Part shown: piece by piece, positions 63,944-64,000 of the stretch
Layout: each line of letters starts with the position of its first letter
Position numbering within the stretch: position 1 is the first letter of the stretch
Assembly (NCBI GenBank): GCA_028694805.1
Contig: JAQVKD010000001.1
Span: 25,549 to 89,548 of the forward strand
Reading direction: 5' to 3'
DNA: 64,000 nt
Source: Candidatus Dojkabacteria bacterium
Lineage (GTDB): Bacteria; Patescibacteriota; Dojkabacteria; SC72
The notes under the pieces: model-generated
Databases searched by the model: none
Seen by the model: only the letters and a program-made list of their open reading frames with translations
Told to the model about the DNA's origin: nothing
Made by a program: the position numbers and the translations under genes

Positions 63944-64000
63944 ATTCAAATCTCTTTTATTTTGTTCATCATAATCAATTTACTGCTAACCTGTTATTCT

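Larger units (their letters stand above)
1..64000 (-). mobile_element. Segment of a large tailless, membrane-containing archaeal virus / virus-like element (Halopanivirales-like), probable Methanosarcinales host
   Basis: Single-strand gene polarity over 64 kb; A32/P9-type packaging ATPase, jelly-roll MCP-like genes, many small TM proteins, P4/D5 helicase; no housekeeping genes; archaeal SD and TATA signals. Confidence 0.75.

Noticed and set aside
1-64000. Calling the window a Borg or an integrated provirus
   Set aside because: No termini, att sites, integrase or Borg marker genes are visible; cannot be decided from this window

Overview
An AT-rich (roughly 30% GC by eye), densely packed 64-kb segment in which essentially every credible gene lies on the minus strand. 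Genes have archaeal Shine-Dalgarno (GGAGG/GGTGA) and BRE-TATA signals. The content fits a tailless, internal-membrane archaeal virus or virus-derived element: an FtsK/HerA (A32/P9-type) packaging ATPase (929-1648); a probable vertical single-jelly-roll major capsid protein resembling Halopanivirales MCPs (37336-37950) plus two paralogues (42530-43976); two vertex/penton-like proteins; fibres and beta-propellers; and dozens of small membrane proteins. It also encodes an SF3 (P4/D5-type) helicase, RHH/AbrB regulators and GIY-YIG nucleases. No terminase, portal, tail, integrase, rRNA, tRNA or CRISPR array was seen. Captured cell-surface domains (PGF-pre-PGF, cohesin, Methanosarcinales-type Ig domains) and a TFE-beta/RPC34-like factor point to a Methanosarcinales host, possibly Ca. 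Methanoperedens. The most striking undescribed pattern is a set of short 'address' motifs reused on unrelated structural proteins: a Cys-knot plus TM tail anchor on 8-9 enzymes/adhesins, WxPLSxxE, LExIxGIDL..KG, RxYGxM, a C-terminal Cys-strand and shared N-terminal leaders. These sit next to a clan-CD protease, two JAB metalloproteases and an unannotated array of protamine-like two-Cys micropeptides. All family assignments come from motif recognition by eye; no searches were run.
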